The translations under genes and the position numbers were made by a program. Positions 19,844-29,102 of a DNA stretch of 64,000 nucleotides are shown here, one piece after another. Position 1 is the first letter of the stretch; every line of letters starts with the position of its first letter. The notes beneath the pieces were generated by a model. That model did not search any database, had not been told where the DNA came from, and saw only the letters and a program-made list of their open reading frames with translations. The stretch is from a virus (lineage: Duplodnaviria; Caudoviricetes). Location: IMG/VR virus record IMGVR_UViG_3300014204_000012, positions 1 to 64,000 of that record. The stretch is one strand, 5' to 3'.

Positions 19844-20529
19844 ATTTTATAGTTTATCCACCGCCTCTGAACATAACCCAAACCCTTCTCAAAGGTACAA
19901 TATCTTTCGTCTTCAAGTTTTGTCCATAGATTCATGCGGAAATTAACAACGTCGCCAACATTTACATCAACGGCATCTTTCGCCTTTCTGTTTACATACC
20001 GTGAGTTCATCTTACCCACATATTTAACCACACCTTTTTTAAGGTTCTGTTTCTCCGTGTTGTCGGGAACAATGATATACTTGCTTTTCTCCTTTTCACG
20101 GTATTCCCCAACCAGAACATACCCGTTTAGCGGAATAATACGTTCCCCACGACCACGTTTTACAAATATGATTTCCTGAAAGTCCACAAGAAAATAACGA
20201 ACCCCGTCAACAATTATAACGGGGCAGTTAAAGGATTCCACAAGTCCAAAATAGACCACATCACCAACCAAAAGGGTTTGTTCATCATATGGGAACTTCC
20301 AGTCCATACCGTGTCCGTGATCACGCTTATTGAACAACCTGTCTGGTTTTACACATACCACTCCGGTTCTCACAGCATGGCCAGATTCATCCCACAAAGA
20401 ATCCCCACGGATAATACCACTTTTGTACTCATCTGGAATAAGGTCTATTCTGACAAGCACTTTGTTGTTTAGGGTTTTCGAAGGAACACGGTCTGACGTT
20501 ACGATTGATCTGTCTTTGTCGCCTATCAT
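19840..20529 (-). CDS. Tandem double GroES-like co-chaperonin (~229 aa)
   Basis: Two units, TLNNKVLVR..GVV..VGDVVYF and PLNGYVLV..KKGVVKYVG..VGDVVNF. Start moved to ATG 20529 (ATGA overlap). Confidence 0.7.
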   Translation of the reverse strand: MIGDKDRSIVTSDRVPSKTLNNKVLVRIDLIPDEYKSGIIRGDSLWDESGHAVRTGVVCVKPDRLFNKRDHGHGMDWKFPYDEQTLLVGDVVYFGLVESFNCPVIIVDGVRYFLVDFQEIIFVKRGRGERIIPLNGYVLVGEYREKEKSKYIIVPDNTEKQNLKKGVVKYVGKMNSRYVNRKAKDAVDVNVGDVVNFRMNLWTKLEDERYCTFEKGLGYVQRRWINYKI

Positions 20530-20756
20530 CTGTACACGAATAAAACATTTGCATACCGGACAATATCTTTCCCATCCAACTCCGTACACCCGACACTGTC
20601 GTAAATAACTTCGTCACCAACAAAGAACTCCGGGGTTTCCACTTCTCCGGTTGAAATAACCTTACCCTTTTTCATGGATACCTTTTTGTTCGGTATGAAT
20701 ATCAAACCAACTTTCTCCAAGAATGGTTCAATAAGTATGTTGTTCCCTAATATCAT
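20526..20756 (-). CDS. groES: GroES-like co-chaperonin (76 aa)
   Basis: ILGNNILIEP..GLIFIP..KGKVISTG..VGDEVIY. Confidence 0.75.
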   Translation of the reverse strand: MILGNNILIEPFLEKVGLIFIPNKKVSMKKGKVISTGEVETPEFFVGDEVIYDSVGCTELDGKDIVRYANVLFVYR

Positions 20757-21268
20757 ACGATTTCACCACATTTGTCACACACAAACCAGCCGATTGATTT
20801 ATCCAGGTGTACATTTTTGCAACTACAAAATTCAGTTTCAGCACCTTCCAACCACTCCTTAAAACTGGCATCGGTATTCCTTCCTTCGTAAAATGCTACC
20901 TTCATGGCTTTCTTCATCGCCTTTAACGCAAGGAACCGTGGAATGTACACAACATTGTCCTCGATTCTGGTGCTGTCACCATCTAAAAAAGGATTACGGA
21001 AACCAACACCGTCCATTTCTTTATACCTGTAAAAACCTAAGGAAGTATCCCGGTAAACAACACCATCCAATATTTCACACCTGTTCACAGTTCGTTTTGG
21101 TTCTTCTTCTGCATCTGTAAGCGGGCAAAATACCGATATATCAGCCCCACCATAACGCTTGATTGTGCAAAGATTTATAAGGCATCTACCATCAAGATCA
21201 TCGTCTTCCATATCGGAAAAAGGACACTCTTTACAACTTTTTATTTTAACATCATTAAACTTTTTCAT
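20753..21268 (-). CDS. Hypothetical protein with Cys clusters (171 aa)
   Basis: CKECPF..C..C..CP at the N-terminus and C.C..CDKC at the C-terminus. Confidence 0.6.
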   Translation of the reverse strand: MKKFNDVKIKSCKECPFSDMEDDDLDGRCLINLCTIKRYGGADISVFCPLTDAEEEPKRTVNRCEILDGVVYRDTSLGFYRYKEMDGVGFRNPFLDGDSTRIEDNVVYIPRFLALKAMKKAMKVAFYEGRNTDASFKEWLEGAETEFCSCKNVHLDKSIGWFVCDKCGEIV

Positions 21269-21308
21269 ATCATTTTTAATTCAAAGGTTTCTACAATTAA
21301 AATATACA

Positions 21309-21872
21309 CTATGCAACTTTTATTTTACTTTCAAATAAATTTGAATTTAACGCAATGTTATGGTATTCATAACTTATTTTAATATCATCTAACATTGATT
21401 TATGTTTTTCAACCGTATCAAGTAATTTGCCTGTTTTTTTATTAACAAACATTTTTTGATCAATATTATAAAACATAAATGTATGAAGTTTTCTGTGATC
21501 TTTAGGTGAAACAATGAAAACATCATAGAGAAGATTATAATTCCAATGATGAATTTGTACCCCATCATCCAAACACATTTTTTTTCTTATAGTATGACTT
21601 GCTGTTTTATACCTTGATAGAGGGATGTTCCTTTTAGCAACTAATTCGTTATGTTTATTTTTATAATTAAGTCTATGATACCTTTCTCTTGAACGAAATC
21701 TTTCAGATTCAACCCACTCTGAATCCCTTGATTTTTCACACACATAAACATAAGAATCATTTTTAGTACATGACTTACACTTATTAAGATGTCCGTCTGC
21801 CATTTGAGGATGAACGTAAAATTCATCAAGCGGTTTAATACATCCACATTTAAAACACTTCTTTTCCATCAT
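21309..21872 (-). CDS. HNH-like homing endonuclease with N-terminal Zn finger (187 aa)
   Basis: CFKC..KPLDEF..CKSC; IHHWNY..DHRKLH; AT-rich. Confidence 0.7.
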   Translation of the reverse strand: MMEKKCFKCGCIKPLDEFYVHPQMADGHLNKCKSCTKNDSYVYVCEKSRDSEWVESERFRSRERYHRLNYKNKHNELVAKRNIPLSRYKTASHTIRKKMCLDDGVQIHHWNYNLLYDVFIVSPKDHRKLHTFMFYNIDQKMFVNKKTGKLLDTVEKHKSMLDDIKISYEYHNIALNSNLFESKIKVA

Positions 21873-21951
21873 ATAAGAGTTAAGTCGAATGTTTCAATAA
21901 GTTTACCATACATGGTATTGTTTTTAAATAAAACATCAATTTCCGGAGGTA

Positions 21952-22317
21952 TTAAAAAGGAAGTGAATCGTCTACCTCCGGTGTCTGAAAATTTTCAACA
22001 GGGGGATTTGACTTTGGTTCTGCCAAGAAACTACCCTGTTCCTGCCGGTACGTCTCCACCCGGAAACACTTTACATCGGTGTAATACCTTCCATTGTACT
22101 CCCGCGATTCCACATCAACGGTACACGCCAGGTCTGTGCCGATCTTCGTGTCACCGATGAACTCAATCACCGTGGCATCAAAAGACATCACCAGGACACT
22201 ACTGGGATACTTGCCCATTTTGTCAATCAGGAACTCTACTTTGTTCCACTGCTTTCCACCTTTACCGACGCCTGTTGCGACGTCAAATTTCTTTGCTAAC
22301 TTTCCCTTAATTTCCAT
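21952..22317 (-). CDS. DUF3127-type single-stranded DNA-binding protein (121 aa)
   Basis: MEIKGK..W.K.EF..KYP..SREYNGRYYTDVKCFRVE, acidic tail DDSLPF. Confidence 0.8.
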   Translation of the reverse strand: MEIKGKLAKKFDVATGVGKGGKQWNKVEFLIDKMGKYPSSVLVMSFDATVIEFIGDTKIGTDLACTVDVESREYNGRYYTDVKCFRVETYRQEQGSFLAEPKSNPPVENFQTPEVDDSLPF

Positions 22318-22320
22318 TTT

Positions 22321-22590
22321 TTAGTTATTTGTTATATATACCGTGTGGTATGATTTAAACTCTGAAATGTGTTTACGGAAATCACTCACCGTGGCGTGCC
22401 TCAAATACGATTCTATGGTTTCTGAATCACATCCCAACAACTCCTCAATGGTTGATTTTTCAACTTTGCCGTATTTGTATTCGTCAATAGCATCCGCAAT
22501 GGCCGACGTGACCTTCTCCACCGGAATGACACCGGATTCTGTCAGTCTCATTAATTCGTAAATTTTGTTTATGCAGGTAACGATGTCCAT
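22321..22590 (-). CDS. Hypothetical protein (89 aa)
   Basis: First gene after promoter 22600. Confidence 0.6.
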   Translation of the reverse strand: MDIVTCINKIYELMRLTESGVIPVEKVTSAIADAIDEYKYGKVEKSTIEELLGCDSETIESYLRHATVSDFRKHISEFKSYHTVYITNN

Positions 22591-22599
22591 TTTTTTTTA

Positions 22600-22631
22600 C
22601 AAAGGTAATACATTATGTGCAATTTTGCAAC
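22600..22631 (-). promoter_or_regulatory. Promoter GTTG-N20-TACCTTTG
   Basis: caaaggta 22600-22607 and caac 22628-22631. Confidence 0.6.
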
Positions 22632-22830
22632 ATGTTATAAAACACATTAATTCAGATATTCTATTTAAACCAAAAAGGGTTTTTCCCCTGATATCCCTTC
22701 TGGGCGGCAGGTGGTCTGTTAGTTTAGGAAGTACAGTACCAACAGCAGTACAGCGTTTTTAGCTTAATCGCCCCTGTACGACATTTACCGGATGCAACAA
22801 CTCGTAAATCATCAGCACCAAAGCAGAAAC

Positions 22831-22890
22831 CCTAAACCACTTTGGATTTTTATTTGCATACCCCTCCCGATAAACGGCTAAAAGTGTCAC
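22831..22890 (-). repeat. Dispersed element, copy 2
   Basis: Reverse complement reads GACACTTT..GGGGTATGCAAAT..AAAGTGGTTTAGG. Confidence 0.55.
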
Positions 22891-23259
22891 CAATCTTTTT
22901 GTTGTCTGCACACAACGGGATAAGACCTCAAACATAACCCTATGTAATGAGAAACCCCGGAAGACATTTGCCAACCGGGGGAGATATATGAATAATGGTA
23001 TTAAAGCAACTCTTTGCTCTAATGTTTTTAATTCAATTTGTAACCTATATACCATTACTCTTTTTTCTCAGTACAAAGATATAACATTTTATCGAAATAA
23101 AAAATACTTATACAATTTTTTTTACTAAAAAAAACAACGCCATATTGGTCAATACCGACAATGGCGTTGTTAAATGAATATAAAGTAATCTCCTGCAAAG
23201 GTATGTAAAAATATCCTAAATAAAAAATTATATTACATGTTTTAAAACATACGCAAAAA

Positions 23260-23291
23260 TTTGCACACACGGATAAAATACACGAACTTTG
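23260..23291 (+). promoter_or_regulatory. Promoter TTTG-N20-GAACTTTG opening the plus-strand block
   Basis: TTTGCAC at 23260, -7-like box 23284-23291, ATG 23305. Confidence 0.55.
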
Positions 23292-23304
23292 CAGAAAAAA
23301 AACT

Positions 23305-24593
23305 ATGACAGGAGTAGAACTTATTGCCAAAGAAAGACAGGAACAAATCGAAAAACACGGAAGAACTGTTGAATATGATGTTTTCATAAACAAATCTATG
23401 CAATTATCGGAAGCAGCCGCATCCCTTATTCATCCAGACATATCAACACCAAGAAAGAGATTTAGTGTAATGCCTACAAACTGGGATGATGGTTTATCCT
23501 TAAGAATGTGTAAAAAACAATATTTAGAAAGATTGGTTATTTCCGGTGCTTTGATTGCTGCTGAAATTGACAGAGTGTTATATTTAAGTGAAAAACAATA
23601 ATGGAAATAAAATTACAAAGTCCAAAGATTTCGATGCACCTGACCCGGGATATGGCATTTATTGAAATAATAGATTCACAATCGAGTACTACATTTGTCA
23701 AAGTGAAGTTAGACCCGAACTATTTTTTATCAATGTTATCTGGATTGTCTTATACGGAATGTGAGGCTACCGTGTATGATCTTGATAGAATTGGTAAAAC
23801 CATGCAACATAAAGTGTTTGAATTTGAAATAAAACGAACAGATAAACAAAGTGATTTGGAACTTGATTGCGTGGAGTTTCTTTTTGAAAATGGCATGTAC
23901 GAGTGGCTTCCGGATCATTACTATAACAGCCAGAATACATTTTTTGAAAAGGATGGTAGAAAATATGCACGTACAACCATAAGAAGGTGGGTGTGAGCAA
24001 ACACGACAAAAGTTACAGTTCATTGGAAATCGATGTGGAGGAACTGGAATACCAGATGAATGAGGTAGGCATGTATTCCGTCATACAGGGGATTTGTGAC
24101 TTCAACCTGTTCTGGGTGGCAACACTCCCGATGGTGTGTAGACATTGTGTCATTGATTTTCTCTTTGAACATGTCAATAAGTTCAAACGTAAATTAACAC
24201 TTAGGGAGTTTTTCGTTGTGGACTTCATCATATCGAACTTTCACCCGGTGGACTTCGATGAATTTTCTGGTATGTATAAGCGGTGCAAACAGGATGTGTT
24301 TTACTATAAATCAAAAATAAATGGAAAAAGTAAAAGTTTTAGTTCCTGAGTTCTTCATCCGGTCAAGGACGGTTAGGGGAGAAAGTAGTAAACAAACCTT
24401 TGTGGTTGTAAGGACAGAAGACAATGATGCCGCCTTGTTAATCAGAAAACTGGTGTTATCTGGTGATATCAATCGTTTCGCTGACTACAAAATTCTTAAA
24501 CAGTTTAAAAACCAGTATTTGTTTGAACTGGTGTTTTCCATAAAGATAAAAACACTGGAAAAAGTTGTTTCACACATAAACGAATACAAATAA
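23305..24593 (+). other. Four coupled hypothetical CDS (23305-23601, 23601-23996, 23987-24349, 24321-24593)
   Basis: Co-oriented, overlapping starts and stops. Confidence 0.65.
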
Positions 24594-25627
24594 TGTTAAA
24601 ACACGGCTCTCTTTTTACCGGTATCGGAGGTTTTGATCTTGCCGCAGAATGGGCAGGATGGAATAACTCATTTTATTGCGAAAATAACCCGTTTTGTCAG
24701 AAGGTTTTAAAATATTACTGGTCGGAAGCGGAGAGTTTTGAAGACATAACAAAATCAGATTTTAGCAAATATGAAGGAAGAATTGATGTTATTTCCGGTG
24801 GATTTCCCTGCCAGCCTTTTAGTCTTGCCGGGAAGCGAAAAGGCACAGAAGATAACCGCCACCTCTGGCCGGAAATGCTTAGAGTTATTAAACAGGTTAA
24901 ACCGCCATGGGTTGTGGGTGAAAATGTTTACGGGCTTATTAATTGGTCAGAAGGGTTGGTATTCAACCAGATCATATCTGACCTGGAAGACGCAGGGTAT
25001 GAAGTACAACCATATCTTATTCCGGCTTGTGCCGTCAACGCCCCACACAGAAGGGACAGACTTTGGATTGTTGCCCACAGTACAGGCATGGGACGGGAAC
25101 CGAGGGCCACTATCAAAGAACAGATACCAGAAGAAGTTGGGGGGGCCGAATTTAATATCAGAAATAAAACACAGGATGCTTCCGACACCAAATCAACGGG
25201 ACTGGAAGGGGGAATCAGGTTATCAGAATCAATTCGATTTAAACAGGGAGATAAAGAAAATGCTTCCAACTCCAACAAATTCAATGGTAACTTATCAGGA
25301 TTTCGAGCAGGCGAAATATCACAGTTCAAAACGTCCGGAGTACTCAAATATAATATTGCCAACGCCAATGCAACCATGGAACGGAGGAACGAACGGAAAA
25401 GCAAAAGCGAAGCAAATATATGGGAGCAATTCCCAACTGAATCCCCGCTTTGTAGCCGAAATGATGGGCTTCCCTCCAAACTGGCTGGAATTACCTTTTC
25501 AAAACACAGAAACGAATCAATTAAATCCTACGGGAACGCCATAGTTCCGCAAGTCGCATATCAGATTTTTAAAGCAATTAACGAATATGAAAACATTTAT
25601 AATAACATTCAGAACTGGAGCCTGTGA
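24593..25627 (+). CDS. dcm: C5 DNA cytosine methyltransferase, alpha chain (344 aa)
   Basis: Motif I FTGIGG, IV GGFPCQPFS, VI ENV, VIII HRRDRLW, X YGNAIVPQVA; no motif IX in frame. Confidence 0.9.
   Translation: MLKHGSLFTGIGGFDLAAEWAGWNNSFYCENNPFCQKVLKYYWSEAESFEDITKSDFSKYEGRIDVISGGFPCQPFSLAGKRKGTEDNRHLWPEMLRVIKQVKPPWVVGENVYGLINWSEGLVFNQIISDLEDAGYEVQPYLIPACAVNAPHRRDRLWIVAHSTGMGREPRATIKEQIPEEVGGAEFNIRNKTQDASDTKSTGLEGGIRLSESIRFKQGDKENASNSNKFNGNLSGFRAGEISQFKTSGVLKYNIANANATMERRNERKSKSEANIWEQFPTESPLCSRNDGLPSKLAGITFSKHRNESIKSYGNAIVPQVAYQIFKAINEYENIYNNIQNWSL
24771..25544 (+). CDS. Nested alternative-frame methyltransferase beta chain (up to 257 aa)
   Basis: Open +1 frame inside dcm carrying LNPRFVAEMMGFPPNW (motif IX-like) and four LPT(P/V) repeats. 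Confidence 0.7.
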   Translation: MKEELMLFPVDFPASLLVLPGSEKAQKITATSGRKCLELLNRLNRHGLWVKMFTGLLIGQKGWYSTRSYLTWKTQGMKYNHILFRLVPSTPHTEGTDFGLLPTVQAWDGNRGPLSKNRYQKKLGGPNLISEIKHRMLPTPNQRDWKGESGYQNQFDLNREIKKMLPTPTNSMVTYQDFEQAKYHSSKRPEYSNIILPTPMQPWNGGTNGKAKAKQIYGSNSQLNPRFVAEMMGFPPNWLELPFQNTETNQLNPTGTP

Positions 25628-26367
25628 ACGGAAGATGAGGATTAAAAATTGTGAAACTGAATTACACGCCGGGTACAAACTAATATCCTACATAACACGG
25701 AAGGAGGGTATAAGGCCAACGTTGATTTCGTGTAAGGAAGATTCCGGTATGGGATCGTTTGGTGACATTTTTAAAGACATATTCAAATGAAAAACATTAA
25801 ATTATCTAAACCATCAACCTTCAATTCCATTCTAAGAGAATACGGACAAAGTTGGTTGGAGCAAAACAAAGAATTTGAGGATCTTGAAATAGAGATACAA
25901 ACAGGTGAATCTATCCTCAAAGACCCGGTGTGTAAAAAAATATTAAACGCCAGAAAAAAAGTACTAAACAATTGCCTTGTTAAATTCTGTTGCTTTGATT
26001 TACTTGGAATGGAAACAGAGAAACGGGAGTATTCTGTTTTTGTAAAAAAGGTAATGGATAATTTGGCGTTTATTCTAAAGGAAAGAATTAAATGCATACG
26101 ATTACAAAACGCATTCGAATGAACATTTTTGAACTCATCGGCTCCGTAAACAAACTCGTTGAAATCAATGAACGGTGTCACCGGTGTATCATGCGGAACC
26201 GGGAGACAGATGAAGACGACGACATGGAAAGCATGAGGTTGGCAAATGAGATTCTCCGCTGTGTACCAGGTGAATTGAAAGATGAACTCCGGTGTGAGTT
26301 ATTCACGATCCGGGATGGTAAAAAGGCACATGAACTAGTGAAAAAACTGATTAAAATATTAAAATGA
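25587..26367 (+). other. Three small hypothetical CDS (25587-25790, 25787-26122, ~26119-26367)
   Basis: ORF track, ATGA overlaps. Confidence 0.6.
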
Positions 26368-26368
26368 A

Positions 26369-26725
26369 TCAGTCACCCTTTTTCAACAACAACCTTTTGT
26401 CAATGCGAATGTTTCCAAGACGAAGATATAAAATGTCAATGACCTCAGCCTTGAATCCAGCATCCATTGGTATCTTGTCAATGTCTTTTTCGATGGCATC
26501 AATGTATTCCACAAATGCTTTCATTGTGATAACACCGTCGTCATGGTCGAGATAATAACCGGCACTCTGTTTCTCCCTGAAGGACTTTGTAGCACGCAAA
26601 ACACTACGAAAGGTTGTCCAGCACCTTTCTATGGCAAAAGTGGCTCTACGGTCACCGTATGCCCTCACAAGGGCGATGGATGTGTCTTCGTCGGTGGACT
26701 TAATCTGATTAATGAGTTCTTTCAT
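26369..26725 (-). CDS. Inverted stand-alone hypothetical protein (118 aa)
   Basis: Own -7 box (caaagtta 26736-26743); divergent from the tRNA. Confidence 0.6.
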   Translation of the reverse strand: MKELINQIKSTDEDTSIALVRAYGDRRATFAIERCWTTFRSVLRATKSFREKQSAGYYLDHDDGVITMKAFVEYIDAIEKDIDKIPMDAGFKAEVIDILYLRLGNIRIDKRLLLKKGD

Positions 26726-26808
26726 CGTTTTCTTACAAAGTTAATATGTTATACAACATATTTTGTCATAATATTTCAAAATGTATGCAAAATTTGGAAA
26801 TATTAGTG

Positions 26809-26816
26809 TAACTTTG
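26809..26816 (+). promoter_or_regulatory. -7 element TAACTTTG for tRNA
   Basis: 4 nt upstream of the tRNA 5' end. Confidence 0.7.
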
Positions 26817-26820
26817 CAAT

Positions 26821-26893
26821 GCCGGGGTGGAGCAGTTGGTAGCTTATGAGGCCCATAACCTCATGGTCGGTGGTTCGAGTCCATCCCCCGGAA
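26821..26893 (+). tRNA. tRNA-Met(CAT), initiator-like, CCA not encoded
   Basis: Cloverleaf read by eye: D-stem GAGC/GCTT, anticodon stem TGAGG/CCTCA, CAT at 26854-26856, T-arm GGTGG-TTCGAGT-CCATC, 1:72 mismatch, A11-U24. Confidence 0.9.
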
Positions 26894-26973
26894 CTAACGC
26901 ATACTGGGAACGGGTCGGTGAAGTTTAGTAACCGATACCTCCGTATGCAAAACGATAATCTAAAACAACAAAA

Positions 26974-27318
26974 ATGGAACATTTAACACATGGGTTACAA
27001 GGTTTGAGATCATATGATGGAAATGAAACAAAAACACATCCTATAAATGAAAATTCAACCACAATTATTACTAAAAAAGGTGGTATTTATACGGAAACGT
27101 GGGGTACATACGAATTGTGTGATAAATGTGGTGGATTTGTTCGACAAATTAGTGGGTACAGGTATTTAACCGTAAAAGATTGCACCTGTTCTAGTGATAA
27201 TACAGTAGATATTAGATCACGTATTATCCCATTATTAGACGAATGGAATAAAACATGGTTGAAATTAGATGTAATAAAAGATGAAATAATTAGAATATCT
27301 GGTCTAAAAATACAATAG
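26974..27318 (+). CDS. Hypothetical protein with CDKC..C.C (114 aa)
   Basis: ORF track. Confidence 0.6.
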   Translation: MEHLTHGLQGLRSYDGNETKTHPINENSTTIITKKGGIYTETWGTYELCDKCGGFVRQISGYRYLTVKDCTCSSDNTVDIRSRIIPLLDEWNKTWLKLDVIKDEIIRISGLKIQ

Positions 27319-27320
27319 AG

Positions 27321-27536
27321 ATGGAAGATTCAACACAGGGTTTTCGTCGGGGTACAATAAGGGGGATAACAATATCACATGTTAATCACGGTTCAACTCC
27401 TCATGTTTGTCCGGTTTGTGGTGGTAGGGGATTAGTACCGAATGGATTTTACAATATACAGGGGTTATATTCTTCGTCAAGTGCAATACATGAACAGTGT
27501 CGTACATGCAAAGGAACCGGTGTAATATGGGGCTGA
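27321..27536 (+). CDS. Small DnaJ-type Zn-finger protein (71 aa)
   Basis: CPVCGGRG...CRTCKGTG. Confidence 0.65.
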   Translation: MEDSTQGFRRGTIRGITISHVNHGSTPHVCPVCGGRGLVPNGFYNIQGLYSSSSAIHEQCRTCKGTGVIWG

Positions 27537-27869
27537 TAAAATATCACAAAACATATTCTGGTTATTCTACAAACACGTATTTGTACGTTTGTGGAGTTGA
27601 TGTTCTGGTTATTTGTAAGACGGGAACTAAGTTGATAAGGTTCTTCATAAAATCAATTAACGCAGGAACCGTCTTCATTACGAAATCTGTTATTGACCCG
27701 GATAAACCCGGTGTTAAAATTAGAAACTGGTATATTGGAATAATATGAAAAACAATGACATTCCCCGTGTGGAAAAGACAAATGAACAGAAGCAAAACGA
27801 ACTCCATGCAAAGTACGATAATGCGTATAAAAACGTGTTGAACACAAAGAAAGCTGAAAAGAAAAAGAA

Positions 27870-28139
27870 ATGACAGATATGGGAAATACAGAAACAGCAA
27901 ACGGTGTTAATGATTTCGACACCGAATCGTATGACGACGAATATTATGATGGTCAACCCTGTGAATGTTGTCCAAAATGTGGTAGGGAATACGATGATAT
28001 TGATTGAAATTATCAGTCCTGTTCGAAATGTGGGTGGGATGCTGAAAAAGAAAGTTTCAACAATAAACTAATCCGAGAACCCACGGAAGATGATTTTATG
28101 AATGGAGACGCAGATTTCTTAACCGGTGATTGGTTTTAA
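27870..28139 (+). pseudogene. Acidic Zn-ribbon protein (89 codons) interrupted by in-frame TGA at 28005-28007
   Basis: ..CCPKCGREYDDID*NYQSCSKCGWD..; the two CxxC halves flank the stop in the same frame. Confidence 0.7.
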
Positions 28140-28250
28140 AAGAAATGAAAACAGACTTGCATATTGGGCAATCCATTTGGTATTTTTTGTGAGTAATTAT
28201 CTATGTACGTTGTATGACAAAACGTGCGTAAACAATCATAACTGCATATA

Positions 28251-29094
28251 ATGAATGATAAAACATACAAAAAAATGACAGAACGTGATTTTGATTTGAT
28301 ATGGGAAGCCCGTGCTATTGCAGACACCTGCAAAATATATGAACTTCTCCAACAAGCAGAATCAACCGAGTGTCAACACAAACTCAGTGCGATGTTGGCT
28401 TTTTTAATACGACAAAAAGAAAACGAAGTATAAACCAGTCGGTTATGCCGACACAATAAATTAAATTATGAGTGAATTTGAAGATTGTAAGCAATGTGCA
28501 AAACCAGTGTCTAAAGGTGAAAAATCGTGTCAAAGAGAGTCTGAGTTTGAAAGTTTAATCCATTCGTTCCGAAATGAATCGGGAAACATAAGACTTGTTT
28601 CTCTTGAAATTAGAAACAAAGTTGAACTGTTTAAAACAGGTGCACCGGAAGAAGTTATAAATAAATACTGTGAATCAGATGCTCCCGGTGTATTGCAGTC
28701 TCTTTACAACATCTTACAGGATATGTCAAATACCTACATTATCCTTCAAGACACCAATGCCAAATTGCGTGAACTCGTTGGGTAAAATCACATTATCAGA
28801 TGATATTTTGATTTATCACCTATTTGAATGATAACTTAAAACAATTAAATTATGAAATGGAAAGACTTAAAACAATTTTGTGATTCCCTTGGTGAAGACC
28901 AATTAGAAAAGAACGTAATCCTTTGGCGGGAAGATGATGCAATTAATCGTATTGGAACATGTCTGTTAGAAGAAGACCACTACATTGGAAAGGGAGAAGA
29001 AGGTTGCTATCCCGAAAGTGAAGCAAGTAAACCACTTAGAAAACTTAAAAAAGTTTACTCAAAAGGTGATGCAATTTTGTATGAATATTTTTAA
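28251..29094 (+). other. Three hypothetical CDS (28251-28433, 28468-28785, 28852-29094)
   Basis: ORF track with AT-rich leaders. Confidence 0.6.
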
Positions 29095-29102
29095 CAACAT
29101 CT

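Noticed and set aside
22759-23055. 98-aa minus ORF, and similarly 32736-33035
   Set aside because: Both overlap dispersed-element copies or promoters and have atypical composition; left uncalled, though a -7 box at 23074 means the first cannot be excluded.
24928-25479. 183-aa antisense ORF in the methyltransferase (possible triple coding)
   Set aside because: No motifs, promoter or coupling; likely a by-product of dual-frame constraint.
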